Shown: positions 44,396 through 56,154 of the stretch, piece by piece
Layout: the number at the start of each line of letters is the position of its first letter
Position numbering within the stretch: the stretch's first letter is position 1
From: Dictyostelium discoideum
Taxonomy: Eukaryota
Reading direction: 5' to 3'
Assembly (NCBI GenBank): GCA_000004695.1
Contig: CM000150.2
Span: 1,728,001-1,792,000 of the forward strand
Length of the DNA stretch: 64,000 nucleotides
Made by a program: the position numbers and the translations under genes
Notes under the pieces: model-generated
What the model saw: only the letters and a program-made list of their open reading frames with translations
Told to the model about the DNA's origin: nothing
The model's database searches: none

Positions 44396-44640
44396 TTTTT
44401 TTTTTTTTTTTTGTTTCACAATATTTTTTTCGTTTGGAAAAATAAAAAGTGGATTAAAAAAAAAAAAAAAAAAAATAAAAATAAAAATAAAAATAAAAAA
44501 AAAAAAAAAAAAAAAAAATGACAAAAACGAAAATGAAAGATTTTTTTTTTTTTTTTTTTTTTTTATTTTTTTTTTTAATTTTGATTGGTCGCTTTTATCT
44601 CTTTCAAAATTTCATGATCTTTTTGTAGTCATTTTTTTTA

Positions 44641-44715
44641 ATTTTATTTTATTTTATTTTATTTTATTTTATTTTATTTTATTTTATTTTATTTTATTTT
44701 ATTTTATTTTATTTA
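44641..44715. repeat. (TTTTA)15 microsatellite
   Basis: Direct reading; a similar (TTTTA)8 lies at 5831-5870. Confidence 0.95.
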
Positions 44716-45029
44716 TTTTGGAAAAATTTATGGGTCCCATAAAAAATTAAAAAAAAACAAAAATATTTTAGTTTTTATATTTATTTTTTAAGTGAAACAA
44801 TTTCTTAAAATATGATAAAAACTATTAAAAAATAAGAAATTGAGGAATTTTATTAATTTATATTTCTTATTTCTTTTCTTCTTGTGTTAGTATTTCCGAT
44901 TCTTCAGGTTCATCGCATTGTGTGACATCAACTGGTTTTAAATGAATATTACCAATGATATTTCTTATTTCTTTTCTTCAGATTCATCTCTTTTCTTCAG
45001 AGTACCTGGTGAAAGTGGAAAAAACGCGA

Positions 45030-45069
45030 ACTTTTTTTGTATCGATAACGGATTTTGGAAAAAAAAACG

Positions 45070-45100
<31 letters not shown>

Positions 45101-45412
45101 GAATTGGATAACGCAATTATTATTTGCTTCTCCTTGAGATGCTAGATCTCATTTTATTTTTTTTTTTTTTTTACAGGGTCTTTTTGATTAAAACATCTTT
45201 TTTGTCCAAACTTTTTTCTAAATCTTTTTTTATTTTATCGTCTGGTTCGTGATTGATGTTTATGACGTATTTGAATTGTTTTTTTTTTAATTGAGTTTTA
45301 TCCACAATTTCGCTTATTTTTTGTAGGCATTTGTGTTGCTTAATATTTGTGGTGTTGTTTGTGATTTTCATTTTATTTTCTTTCTATCTTTTTTATTTTT
45401 CTGATTAACTTG

Positions 45413-45472
<60 letters not shown>

Positions 45473-46453
45473 TTATAGAAAGTACTGAGTGAATTATTGT
45501 ATTTTTTGAGATGTTTAGGAAGTTCTATTGCGGGTGTTGATGATGATTTGTGACACCCCTTGTCCTGTTTTATCAATTGGTGCGTGGTGTGTTATTTTGT
45601 TTTTATATTGTTGATTTATTGAGTAAATTTTATTTGTTTTTATATTTGTTTCAGTTAGAAGTGCTGCGTCCAGCTTGTTGTTGTCTAAAACGGTGTTTAT
45701 TATGCTGGCAGATTGGATGGTGTTGGATCCTTGGACGTTCCAAACACCTATTCTTATTGTGTTTTTCTTTATAGTTTTATTTGGGGTAGATTTTTATCTA
45801 CCTTTTGAAGTTTCTGGTTTATTTTGTCTTCTAACTGATCTTTACTTTGTTCATTGTGTTGTTGGTCTTGTGTGTTTGTGGGGTTTTTTGATTTATTGAT
45901 TTGTTTTAGAATTTCCTTGTTGAAGTTGTCTATATCTTCATCCATTTTTGTTTTTATGCTTTTTTGTCCATATTCACCCAATTTTGGTTTGACTGGTGTT
46001 TTGTTGGTCTTGTTTGTTTTGTCTTGTTGTTTCTTTTTTGGTGTGTTTAACAATTTACTTGGTGAATCGATAATTTTCGATGGTGTACCATAGGTTGGGC
46101 TGAAACTCATGATATGTTTTATTGGAGAGGAGAAGAACCATTGATTTGAAGGGATTGAAAGTGGGAATTCTATTTTTCTTATTGCATCAGTGTTTGGGCT
46201 GGTGAAGTCGAAGATATCATTTGCCTCTCTAAGTTTTTCTTCCGTTGTTAGTCCCTTTGTTTCGCCGTGTTGTTTTATTGGTGTATTGTATGGAGATGGT
46301 GGTTCGATAGGTTTTTCTGATTTTGTTTTAATTTCTTGATTGTTTATCGATTGTGTATTGATCTCATTCTCTATTCTTGTTAGTTCATCTACGTTTTCTA
46401 GTGATGCTTCTATTACCTTTTGAGCTGTATCATCTAGGGCCATAAATGTTTAT
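45030..46453 (-). mobile_element. TRE5-like non-autonomous non-LTR retroelement copy (M1): duplicated 3' terminal unit plus poly-A, short 3' ORF and ORF1-like gene; 5' part cut off at about 46453 by the plus-strand retrotransposon
   Basis: On plus it reads CGAAC-T7-GTATCGATAACGGATTTTGG (mini 3' fragment), then CGAAC-T28, then GAATTGGATAACGCAATTATTATTTGCTTCTCCTTGAGATGCTAGATCTCATTTT at 45101. This is a poly-A tail on the minus strand. The minus ORFs 45171..45371 and 45769..46443 are 97-100% identical to those of the copy at 62.4-63.9 kb. Homology to that copy ends at GGCCATAAATGTT (46442-46454). Confidence 0.65.
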
Positions 46454-46578
46454 GTGGAGAATTTATACATATAATAAATAAATCACTGTTATATCTTCAC
46501 CGCCACATTCATTCCTCTTAATTTTACCCTTTTTTTGCTCATTAAAGCAAGGGCTATCGTCCTATATACTTTTCAACA

Positions 46579-47787
46579 ATGGCTGATGATCACTCAACTG
46601 AATTACAGTTAAATCATACAGATAACAACACGACCAATACAAATAATACCTCCACAACCTCAACAACAAAAAATAAAAGTGCAAAAATCGACACACCTAA
46701 AAAACAAACCCCAACAAACCAACTCTCACTAAACAAAGGACTTGATAATCAATTAGATATCATTGCACCTCCATCAATCACAAGACCACTCTCTTTCTTA
46801 GAAAAAAACAATAACACCATCAACATTAAGTGTTACTTTAATCAACCACACATCCGTGAAGAATTAACCTCAAAAGATGACACAAGAATTCAACAAATTC
46901 ACAAAAACATTCACAAACTCTTCGAAGATATACTGTCGCCATCAGCATTCAAAATAATTGGTGCAACTGCCTTCGTAAATTGCAACGTTGATAAATTAAC
47001 TTCAATAATCAACCTTCAAAACCAACTTGCACTAAATATCGACAAACTCAACTATAGATTCGATATATCATCAAATGATTATGCAATCATTAAAACATTC
47101 ATTAAAACGTACTCACCCAAACATGCAAACGATGCAATTACAAACAACCTCACTAAATTCACCAGTTGTACATCAATTGAATCATTTACTGTCACATACT
47201 CATATGCTGTTGCGTTTAAAAGCTACATTATAACATATCATCTAATTGATCACACACACAACATTATTGATCAAAAGATCGAACAACCATCTGGTATCAC
47301 AAGATATATCAAAGCTGCAACACGTAGTGTCACTAAACACAAAATTCAACATGCAAAAAATGCAGATATGGCAACAACTATAAAAAATGCCATCACAAAC
47401 CCAAACATGAACAAAAACAATCAACCACCAAAAAACAACATTAACACCCCACCAATCAACGAAATTGCAAATTCCAATCGCAATAATAACTCACTTCAAA
47501 ATAGTGGTTCAAAAGCTATACTAAATGAATCACTTGATATTAACAATCAATCCCAAAACAATAATGAAATTTCACACAAAAGTGATTCTTCAAATAATAA
47601 TAACGGGAAAAACTCTTTATCAATGAGCAATCCAACCGATCCAACAATTGTACCACAAAAACCTCTACAATCTCAACCAAACAAACCAAGTGCACCAACT
47701 CCAAATACAATAAATACAAGAAGAAGCAGCAATGCCCTGACTACACAACCAGTCAATACTGGTGCTGCCAAACCTAGTAAGGTATGA
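46579..47787 (+). CDS. retrotransposon ORF1 protein (402 aa, Asn/Thr/Pro-rich, gag-like)
   Basis: ATG at 46579; overlaps ORF2 by 4 nt (ATGA at 47784-47787). Confidence 0.7.
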   Translation: MADDHSTELQLNHTDNNTTNTNNTSTTSTTKNKSAKIDTPKKQTPTNQLSLNKGLDNQLDIIAPPSITRPLSFLEKNNNTINIKCYFNQPHIREELTSKDDTRIQQIHKNIHKLFEDILSPSAFKIIGATAFVNCNVDKLTSIINLQNQLALNIDKLNYRFDISSNDYAIIKTFIKTYSPKHANDAITNNLTKFTSCTSIESFTVTYSYAVAFKSYIITYHLIDHTHNIIDQKIEQPSGITRYIKAATRSVTKHKIQHAKNADMATTIKNAITNPNMNKNNQPPKNNINTPPINEIANSNRNNNSLQNSGSKAILNESLDINNQSQNNNEISHKSDSSNNNNGKNSLSMSNPTDPTIVPQKPLQSQPNKPSAPTPNTINTRRSSNALTTQPVNTGAAKPSKV

Positions 47788-50700
47788 GCTCAAAAATCAA
47801 CTTTATAACATGGAATTGTAGAGGATTCACTGAAAACCCAAACAATCAACACAATTCCTACCAAAAAGCTGTTGACACACTACAACTACTTATATCAAAA
47901 CTTCCACCTCGTCCAACAATCTCAATACTCACTGAACTCAATTCATCACCATTACAACTTAAACATGATTTTCCCGATCACATCATCTCTGTCACCAAAC
48001 GAGGAAATGGTGTAATCATCATTAACCATAACCCAAACACACTCAAACTCAAACACATATCAACAATTGATGGTAGAGCTATTTTAGCAGACGTTATATT
48101 TCCAAATCAATTACCAATTGGTATTCTTGGAATTTACGCACCAGCATCAAATAATACCATCAAAAAGAATTCATATGCAACTTCACTACAAACACTTCTC
48201 CACAACCACTCAACAAACCCAATACCAAACCAATCCCAACATGTATCTATTATCGCAGGAGATTTCAACTGTATCCACAACGACAATTCACTATTAGATG
48301 ATATTATCCAATCCTACACATACCAACACCATCTAATTGATCAAGGTGAATTTAAAAACACTCCAACTCATACACATGGCAACAGATTAGATAGAATATA
48401 TACTCAATACAATAGAATAGACCCTGAAAATATATATACACAAGTCCACCAAATTCCATCTTCATTATCAGATCATAATCCAATATCAACAACAATTTCT
48501 TCACCTTTTCAAATAAATAAACATAAGAAAAGATGGATATTATCACCTGGTACTGCAAATGACCATGAAGCAATCAATATTATCAATCATTTAATAACTA
48601 ATCACAATAACACATCAATCAATCAATTTACAAACTGGTCAAAAGTAAAATCAAAAATTATAAAAACTCTAAAAAACTATCAATATAACAAAGACAAACA
48701 AACTCAACGTGCAAAACAAATACTATTAGAAAAAGCAGCAAAATTCAAACATCTTGAAGAACAATGCATCGCTGAATACAATATTATATGTAACAAAAAC
48801 AAACTACATCAAAACCACACAAACATATTAAAAAAACATATAAATGGAGAAATACCTAGCAAGTATCTATCAGCAATACTAAACAAAAGATCAAAAGATG
48901 CAAAAATTGAATCAATCCAATATGGTAACATCATTACATCCGACCCCGACCAAATTGAAAATGCGTTTGTTGAATTCTACACAAATCTATATAGCTTACA
49001 AATATGTTGTCCAATTACTCACCAGCTCATGCCAAACACATGGCCCATCATAAAAAATGAATATTGGAATGGTTTAGACTCACCATTTATACAAGATGAA
49101 GTTGAAGCTGCAATTAAAACCTGTAACCCCAACAAATCACCCGGTCCAGATGGCGTTACAAATGCATTCTACATTAATCATTTAAACCAAGTTAAACCAA
49201 TTCTCACTACATTATTCAACGATATACTAGAAAATCCTCACCACATCACAACAGAATTCACAGAAGGTCTTATACACACAATATACAAGAAAGGCAACCC
49301 CTTACTCATATCAAATCGTCGTCCCATTACACTTCTAAACACTGATTACAAGATCCTCTCAAAAGTAATCAATGCACGTCTTCTGAGAATACTTCCTTTC
49401 ATCATCAACAACAACCAAACTGGTTTCGTACCCCACAGATTCATCATAGACAACATCATCAACATCAATGAATTAATCAACTACCTCAAATCTAAAAACC
49501 TCCCTGGTATCATCACACTATTTGACTTCTTTAAAGCATTTGATTCTATCTCTCACGATAGCATTAAAAGAACATTAATTCATATTGGTATACCAATAAA
49601 ATTAATAAATTTAATCCACAAGCTATTATCTGACTCACAAGCAAAAATTTCAATTAATGGTAAAACGACCAGAAAATTCGATATTAAAAGAGGTGTAAAA
49701 CAAGGTGACCCAATCTCAGCCACTTTATTTGTAATTGTAATTGAAATATTAGCAAGAACAATAAATGCAGACAATTCAATAATTGGATTACCAATTTCAC
49801 CCAATCCACAAATTAAAATCAAATTTACCCAATTTGCAGACGACTCTACAACATACAACATCAACTACGAACAACAACAACAATCAATCAAACATTTCGA
49901 TAATTTCTGCGCTTCAACATCATCATCTTTAAATTTTGACAAAAGTGCAATAATAGAAATCAACCCCCACAAAATCACTGATAAACACATAATAAACAAC
50001 ATTCCACAATCAAAAAGAATTCCAATAACCAAAAAAGATCAATCAGAAAGAGTTCTTGGCTATTTCTTTAATCATAATGGTTTACATAGGAAATTACCAG
50101 AAACAATGAAAACACTGATTAAATCATTAGTGCTATGGAAAACTAGTGGCACAACATTAAAAACAAAAACAACCATCATAAACACCTACTCACTATCACC
50201 AATAACATATTTATCATACCTTGAAGAATTTACAAAAGATGAAGAAATTCAAATTAATAAATTAATCTCATGGTTTATGAATTCTCCCGCAAATTCTGAA
50301 TCACCAACTCTCGATACCAATTCCATTGAAAACAACACATCAACCATCCATTCACGTGCAAAAATACCTTTGATGTGTTATGATAGATCATTAAAACCAT
50401 TAAAAGAAGGAGGTTGGGGTATGTGGAATATCCAATTACGACAAGTTGCTCAAAAGATTTGGATATACAACAGATTTTTACAAATGCATAAATCTGCAAA
50501 CAATTCAATATACATGATAAGTTGGATGGATCAAATCATCAACAAATCAATCTCTTCTCCATACCTTATAAAAATAAAAAAAGAATGGGAAAACTATGCA
50601 ACTCAAATTGGACATCTAAAAGATAAAGTTCAAATCCTACAACCAATAATAACAAAAAACCAAACCTCTCAAACATTAAACACAAATAATATTTCACTAC

Positions 50701-51611
50701 CACCAACACTCAAAGAAATCTACTCGACAATACTAAACAATCACCTATGCAAATCAAAAGACTATATTGGCAAGAAATATTCAGATCTACTTCTTACTTC
50801 GCACCAACAATCAATACTTCTTTTATGGAAATACACATACGACCAACTTTTTGTCAAAATTCAAAAATTAAAAGATCCAAAAGGCCGAGATACAATGCAA
50901 AGATTCCATGCTAGATGTCTTCCGATTAATCATCTACACAACAAAGTTTGCCCCATTTGCAACAATGAAATGAATAATGATCCCTATGGTCATTTGTTTT
51001 TCAATTGTCAGCACACAATCAACTTCATTAACCACGACAAATTAAAATATTTTATATATAAAAATTGCAATGGAAACAAAAACTGGTCACTAACAAAAAA
51101 CCAAACAACAAAATTATACACACTCATCTATAAACCACAAACAAACAACAAAGCATTTAAACCAGATCCAACTATCAATATTAATTTTCATTTTGCAGAA
51201 AACGCACAATATAAAAAATACAGGTTCAACTGGAATTATATAAACACAAATCTTGATCTAGTCAGAACACATGCATATTGGAACATAATCTCATTAGTTA
51301 TTCACCAAATATGGATATGGTTATGCAAATCATTATTTGACATCAATATAACTCAATCAATTGATAATTGGAACAACCAAATAAACAACACAACACTAGA
51401 TTATGATATATTAAAATCAAAATGGCACAAGCTAATAAGATTGGAATATTCAAGAACTTTATCAAACTTTAACCAATACTCAATTAAAAACAACCTCACA
51501 AAAACTCAAAAAGAAACCCAATGGTCCGAAACCATCAAAAAATTTAAAAAAGAATGGAGCATAAACACTAATGAACCAATTCCAACAATTACACCACCAA
51601 TTAATTATTAA
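47784..51611 (+). CDS. retrotransposon ORF2 polyprotein (1275 aa): apurinic-endonuclease-like domain, reverse transcriptase, C-terminal CCHC-like zinc finger
   Basis: APE motifs are INFITWNCRGF...GDFNC. RT motifs are SPGPDGVTNAFY, RPITLLNTDYKILSKVINARL, QTGFVPHRFIIDNI, FDFFKAFDSISHD and FADDSTTY (the YXDD-type box). The Cys motif is CPICNNEMNNDPYGHLFFNCQHT. Confidence 0.85.
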   Translation: MSSKINFITWNCRGFTENPNNQHNSYQKAVDTLQLLISKLPPRPTISILTELNSSPLQLKHDFPDHIISVTKRGNGVIIINHNPNTLKLKHISTIDGRAILADVIFPNQLPIGILGIYAPASNNTIKKNSYATSLQTLLHNHSTNPIPNQSQHVSIIAGDFNCIHNDNSLLDDIIQSYTYQHHLIDQGEFKNTPTHTHGNRLDRIYTQYNRIDPENIYTQVHQIPSSLSDHNPISTTISSPFQINKHKKRWILSPGTANDHEAINIINHLITNHNNTSINQFTNWSKVKSKIIKTLKNYQYNKDKQTQRAKQILLEKAAKFKHLEEQCIAEYNIICNKNKLHQNHTNILKKHINGEIPSKYLSAILNKRSKDAKIESIQYGNIITSDPDQIENAFVEFYTNLYSLQICCPITHQLMPNTWPIIKNEYWNGLDSPFIQDEVEAAIKTCNPNKSPGPDGVTNAFYINHLNQVKPILTTLFNDILENPHHITTEFTEGLIHTIYKKGNPLLISNRRPITLLNTDYKILSKVINARLLRILPFIINNNQTGFVPHRFIIDNIININELINYLKSKNLPGIITLFDFFKAFDSISHDSIKRTLIHIGIPIKLINLIHKLLSDSQAKISINGKTTRKFDIKRGVKQGDPISATLFVIVIEILARTINADNSIIGLPISPNPQIKIKFTQFADDSTTYNINYEQQQQSIKHFDNFCASTSSSLNFDKSAIIEINPHKITDKHIINNIPQSKRIPITKKDQSERVLGYFFNHNGLHRKLPETMKTLIKSLVLWKTSGTTLKTKTTIINTYSLSPITYLSYLEEFTKDEEIQINKLISWFMNSPANSESPTLDTNSIENNTSTIHSRAKIPLMCYDRSLKPLKEGGWGMWNIQLRQVAQKIWIYNRFLQMHKSANNSIYMISWMDQIINKSISSPYLIKIKKEWENYATQIGHLKDKVQILQPIITKNQTSQTLNTNNISLPPTLKEIYSTILNNHLCKSKDYIGKKYSDLLLTSHQQSILLLWKYTYDQLFVKIQKLKDPKGRDTMQRFHARCLPINHLHNKVCPICNNEMNNDPYGHLFFNCQHTINFINHDKLKYFIYKNCNGNKNWSLTKNQTTKLYTLIYKPQTNNKAFKPDPTININFHFAENAQYKKYRFNWNYINTNLDLVRTHAYWNIISLVIHQIWIWLCKSLFDINITQSIDNWNNQINNTTLDYDILKSKWHKLIRLEYSRTLSNFNQYSIKNNLTKTQKETQWSETIKKFKKEWSINTNEPIPTITPPINY

Positions 51612-51835
51612 CTACCTAATCTAAAATAACATACTATTTTAAATTCACAAAAACTAAAAAACCTAAAATAAATAAATAAAAATAACATACTAATTGTATA
51701 CTACAATAGTTTATTTATATCAAAAAAAAAAAAAATTTTAGTATTACCAAAATACACCGCTTTTAGGTAAAAAAAAAAAAAAAGTATTACCAAAAGAATA
51801 AGTTAAAAAAAACCGAAAAAAACAAAGAAATAAAC

Positions 51836-54800
51836 GAGAATTTATACATATAATAAATAAATCACTGTTATATCTTCACCGCCACATTCATTCCTCTTAA
51901 TTTTACCCTATTTTTGCTCATTAAAGCAAGGGCTATCGTCCTATATACTTTTCAACAATGGCTGATGATCACTCAACTGAATTACAGTTATATCATACAG
52001 ATAACAACACAACCAATACAAATAATACCTCCACAACCTCAACAACAAAAAACAAAAGTGCAAAAATCGACACACCTAAAAAACAAACCCCAACAAACCA
52101 ACTCTCACTAAACAAAGGACTTGATAATCAATTAGATATCATTGCACCTCCATCAAATTCACAAAAACATTCACAAACTCTTCGAAGATATACTGTCGCC
52201 ATCAGCATTCAAAATAATTGGTGCAACTGCCTTCGTAAATTGCAACGTTGATAAATTAACTTCAATAATCAACCTTCAAAACCAACTTGCACTAAATATC
52301 GACAAACTCAACTATAGATTCGATATATCATCAAATGATTATGCAATCATTAAAACATTCATTAAAACGTACTCACCCAAACATGCAAACGATGCAATTA
52401 TAAACAACCTCACTAAATTCACCAGTTGTACATCAATTGAATCATTTACTGTCACATACTCATATGCTGTTGCGTTTAAAAGCTACATTATAACATATCA
52501 TCTAATTGATCACACACACAACATTGTTGATCAAAAGATCGAACAACCATCTGGTATCACAAGATATATCAAAGCTGCAACACGTAGTGTCACTAAACAC
52601 AAAATTCAACATGCAAAAAATGCAGATATGGCAACAACTATAAAAAATGCCATCACAAACCCAAACATGAACAAAAACAATCAACCACAAAAAAACAACA
52701 TTAACACCCCACCAATCAACGAAATTGCAAATTCCAATCGCAATAATAACCCACCTCAAAATATTGGTTCAAAAGCTACACAAAATGAATCACTTGATAT
52801 TAACAATCAATCCCAAAACAATAATGAAATTTCACACAAAAGTGATTCTTCAAATAATAATAACGGGAAAAACTCATTATCAATGAGCAATCCAACCGAT
52901 CCAACAATTGTACCACAAAAACCTCTACAATCTCAACCAAACAAACCAAGTGCACCAACTCCAAATCCAATAAATACAAGAAGAAGCAGCAATGCCCTGA
53001 CTACACAACCAGTCAATACTGGTGCTGCCAAACCTAGTAAGGTATGAGCTCAAAAATCAACTTTATAACATGGAATTGTAGAGGATTCACTGAAAACCCA
53101 AACAATCAACACAATTCCTACCAAAAAGCTGTTGACACACTACAACTACTTATATCAAAACTTCCACCTCGTCCAACAATCTCAATACTCACTGAACTCA
53201 ATTCATCACCATTACAACTTAAACATGATTTTCCCGATCACATCATCTCTGTCACCAAACGAGGAAATGGTGTAATCATCATTAACCATAACCCAAACAC
53301 ACTCAAACTCAAACACATATCAACAATTGATGGTAGAGCTATTTTAGCAGACGTTATATTTCCAAATCAATTACCAATTGGTATTCTTGGAATTTACGCA
53401 CCAGCATCAAATAATACCATCAAAAAGAATTCATATGCAACTTCACTACAAACACTTCTCCACAACCACTCAACAAACCCAATACCAAACCAATCCCAAC
53501 ATGTATCTATTATCGCAGGAGATTTCAACTGTATCCACAACGACAATTCACTATTAGATGATATTATCCAATCCTACACATACCAACACCATCTAATTGA
53601 TCAAGGTGAATTTAAAAACACTCCAACTCATACACATGGCAACAGATTAGATAGAATATACTCAATACAATAGAATAGACCCTGAAAATATATATACACA
53701 AGTCCACCAAATTCCATCTTCATTATCAGATCATAATCCAATATCAACAACAATTTCTTCACCTTTTCAAATAAATAAACATAAGAAAAGATGGATATTA
53801 TCACCTGGTACTGCAAATGACCATGAAGCAATCAATATTATCAATCATTTAATTACTAATCACAATAACACATCAATCAATCAATTTACAAACTGGTCAA
53901 AAGTAAATCAAAAATTATTAAAACTCTAAAAAACTATCAATATAACAAAGACAAACAAACTCAACGTGCAAAACAAATACTATTAAAAAAAGCAGCAAAA
54001 TTCAAACATCTTGAAGAACAATGCATCGCTGAATACAATATTATATGTAACAAAAACAAATTACATCAAATCCACACAAACATATTAAAAAAACATATAA
54101 ATGGAGAAATACCTAGCAAGTATCTATCAGCAATACTAAACAAAAGATCAAAAGATGCAAAAATTGAATCAATCCAATATGGTAACATCATTACATCCGA
54201 CCCCGACCAAATTGAAAATGCGTTTGTTGAATTCTACACAAATCTATAAAGCTTACAAATATGTTGTCCAATTACTCACCAGCTCATGCTAAACACATGG
54301 CCCATCATAAAAAATGAATATTGGAATGGTTTAGACTCACCATTTATACAAGATGAAGCTGCAATTAAAACCTGTAACCCCAACAAATCACCCGGTCCAG
54401 ATGGCGTTACAAATGCATTCTACATTAATCATTTAAACCAAGTTAAACCAATTCTCACTACATTATTCAACGATATACTAGAAAATCCTCACCACATCAC
54501 AACAGAATTCACCGAAGGTCTTATACACACAATATACAAGAAAGGCAACCCCTTACTCATATCAAATCGTCGTCCCATTACACTTCTAAACACTGATTAC
54601 AAGATCCTCTCAAAAGTAATCAATGCACGTCTTCTGAGAATACTTCCTTTCATCATCAACAACAACCAAACTGGTTTCGTACCCCACAGATTCATCATAG
54701 ACAACATCATCAACATCAATGAATTAATCAACTACCTCAAATCTAAAAACCTCCCTGGTATCATCACACTATTTGACTTCTTCAAAGCATTTGATTCTAT

Positions 54801-56122
54801 CTCTCACGATAGTATTAAAAGAACATTAATTCATATTGGTATACCAATAAAATTAATAAATTTAATCCACAAGCTATTATCTGACCCACAAGCAAAAATT
54901 TCAATTAATGGTAAAACGACCAGAAAATTCGATATTAAAAGAGGTGTAAAACAAGGTGACCCAATCTCAGCCACTTTATTTGTAATTGTAATTGAAATAT
55001 TAGCAAGAACAATAAATGCAGACAATACAATAATTGGATTACCAATTTCACCCAATCCACAAATTAAAATCAAAAGATGAAGAAATTCAAATTAATAAAT
55101 TAATCTCATGGTTTATGAATTCTCCCGCAAATTCTGAATCACCAACTCTCAATACCAATTCCTTTGAAAACAACACATCAACCATCCATTCACGTGCAAA
55201 AATACCTTTGATTTGTTATGATAGATCATTAAAACCATTAAAAGAAGGTGGTTGGGGTATGTGGAATATACAATTACGACAAGTTGCTCAAAAGATTTGG
55301 ATATACAACAGATTTTTACAAATGCATAAATCTGCAAACAATTCAATATACATGATAAGTTGGATGGATCAAATCATCAACAAATCAATCTCTTCTCCAT
55401 ACCTTATAAAAATCAAAAAAGAATGGGAAAACTATGCAACTCAAATTGGACATCTAAAAGATAAAGTTCAAACCCTACAACCAATATTAATAAAAAACCA
55501 AACCTCTCAAACATTAACCACAAATAATATTTCACTACCACCAACACTCAAAGAAATCTACTCGACAATACTCAACAATCATCAATGTAAATCAAAAGAC
55601 TATATTGGCAAGAAATATTCAGATCTACTTCTTACTTCGCACCAACAATCAATACAACTATTATGGAAATACACATACGACCAACTATTTGTCAAAATTC
55701 AAAAGCTAAAAGATCCAAAAGGCCGTGATACAATGCAAAGATTCCATGCTAGATGTCTTCCGATTAATCATCTACACAACAAAGTTTGCCCCATTTGCAA
55801 CAATGAAATGAATAATGATCCCTATGGTCATTTGTTTTTCAATTGTCAGCACACAATCAACTTCATAAACCACGACAAATTAAAAAATTTTATATATAAA
55901 AATTGCAATGGAAACATCAAAAAATTTAAAAAAGAATGGAGCATAAACACAAATGAACCAATTCCAACAATTACACCACCAATTAATTATTAATTACCTA
56001 ATCTAAAATAACATACCATTTTAAATTCACAAAAACTAAAAAACCTAAAATAAATAAATAAAAATAACATACTAATTGTATACTACAATAGTTTATTTAT
56101 ATCAAAAAAAAAAAAAAAAAAA
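51836..56122 (+). pseudogene. second tandem copy (P2) of the same retrotransposon, degenerate: internal deletions, frameshifts and a nonsense mutation
   Basis: Relative to P1 it has a 114-bp deletion in ORF1 (52150), a 2-bp TA deletion (about 53660), 1-bp deletions (about 53905), TAT to TAA at 54247, and roughly 460-bp deletions at 55076 and 55915 that remove the FADD box and part of the C-terminus. The ORF fragments are 51958..53047, 53044..53673, 54286..55080 and 55034..55993. The tail is A19 at 56104-56122. Confidence 0.8.
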
Positions 56123-56154
56123 CTATATTTTTAGATTTGTATGAATTTTGTTTA

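Larger units (their letters stand above)
46457..51735 (+). mobile_element. full-length non-LTR (LINE-like, TRE family) retrotransposon copy P1: 122-bp 5' UTR, ORF1, ORF2 (APE endonuclease, reverse transcriptase, Cys-rich zinc finger), about 110-bp 3' UTR, A14 tail
   Basis: The 5' end GAGAATTTATACATATAATAAATAAATCACTG is shared with copy P2 at 51836. The 3' end ...ATACTACAATAGTTTATTTATATC(A)n is shared with P2 at 56080-56122. Both ORFs are intact. Confidence 0.8.

Noticed and set aside
44396-44524. N-terminal extension [16 protein letters not shown]... of ORF 44051..44524
   Set aside because: It is a translation of a poly-A/T promoter region. The conserved MYND finger begins at the downstream ATG (44395), which is the plausible start.
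47242-47424. Minus-strand ORFs inside the retrotransposon (47242..47424, 48352..48573, 49580..49864, 50275..50508 and their P2 counterparts)
   Set aside because: They are short antisense ORFs within the well-supported ORF1/ORF2. They show no independent signal and are duplicated only because the element is duplicated.
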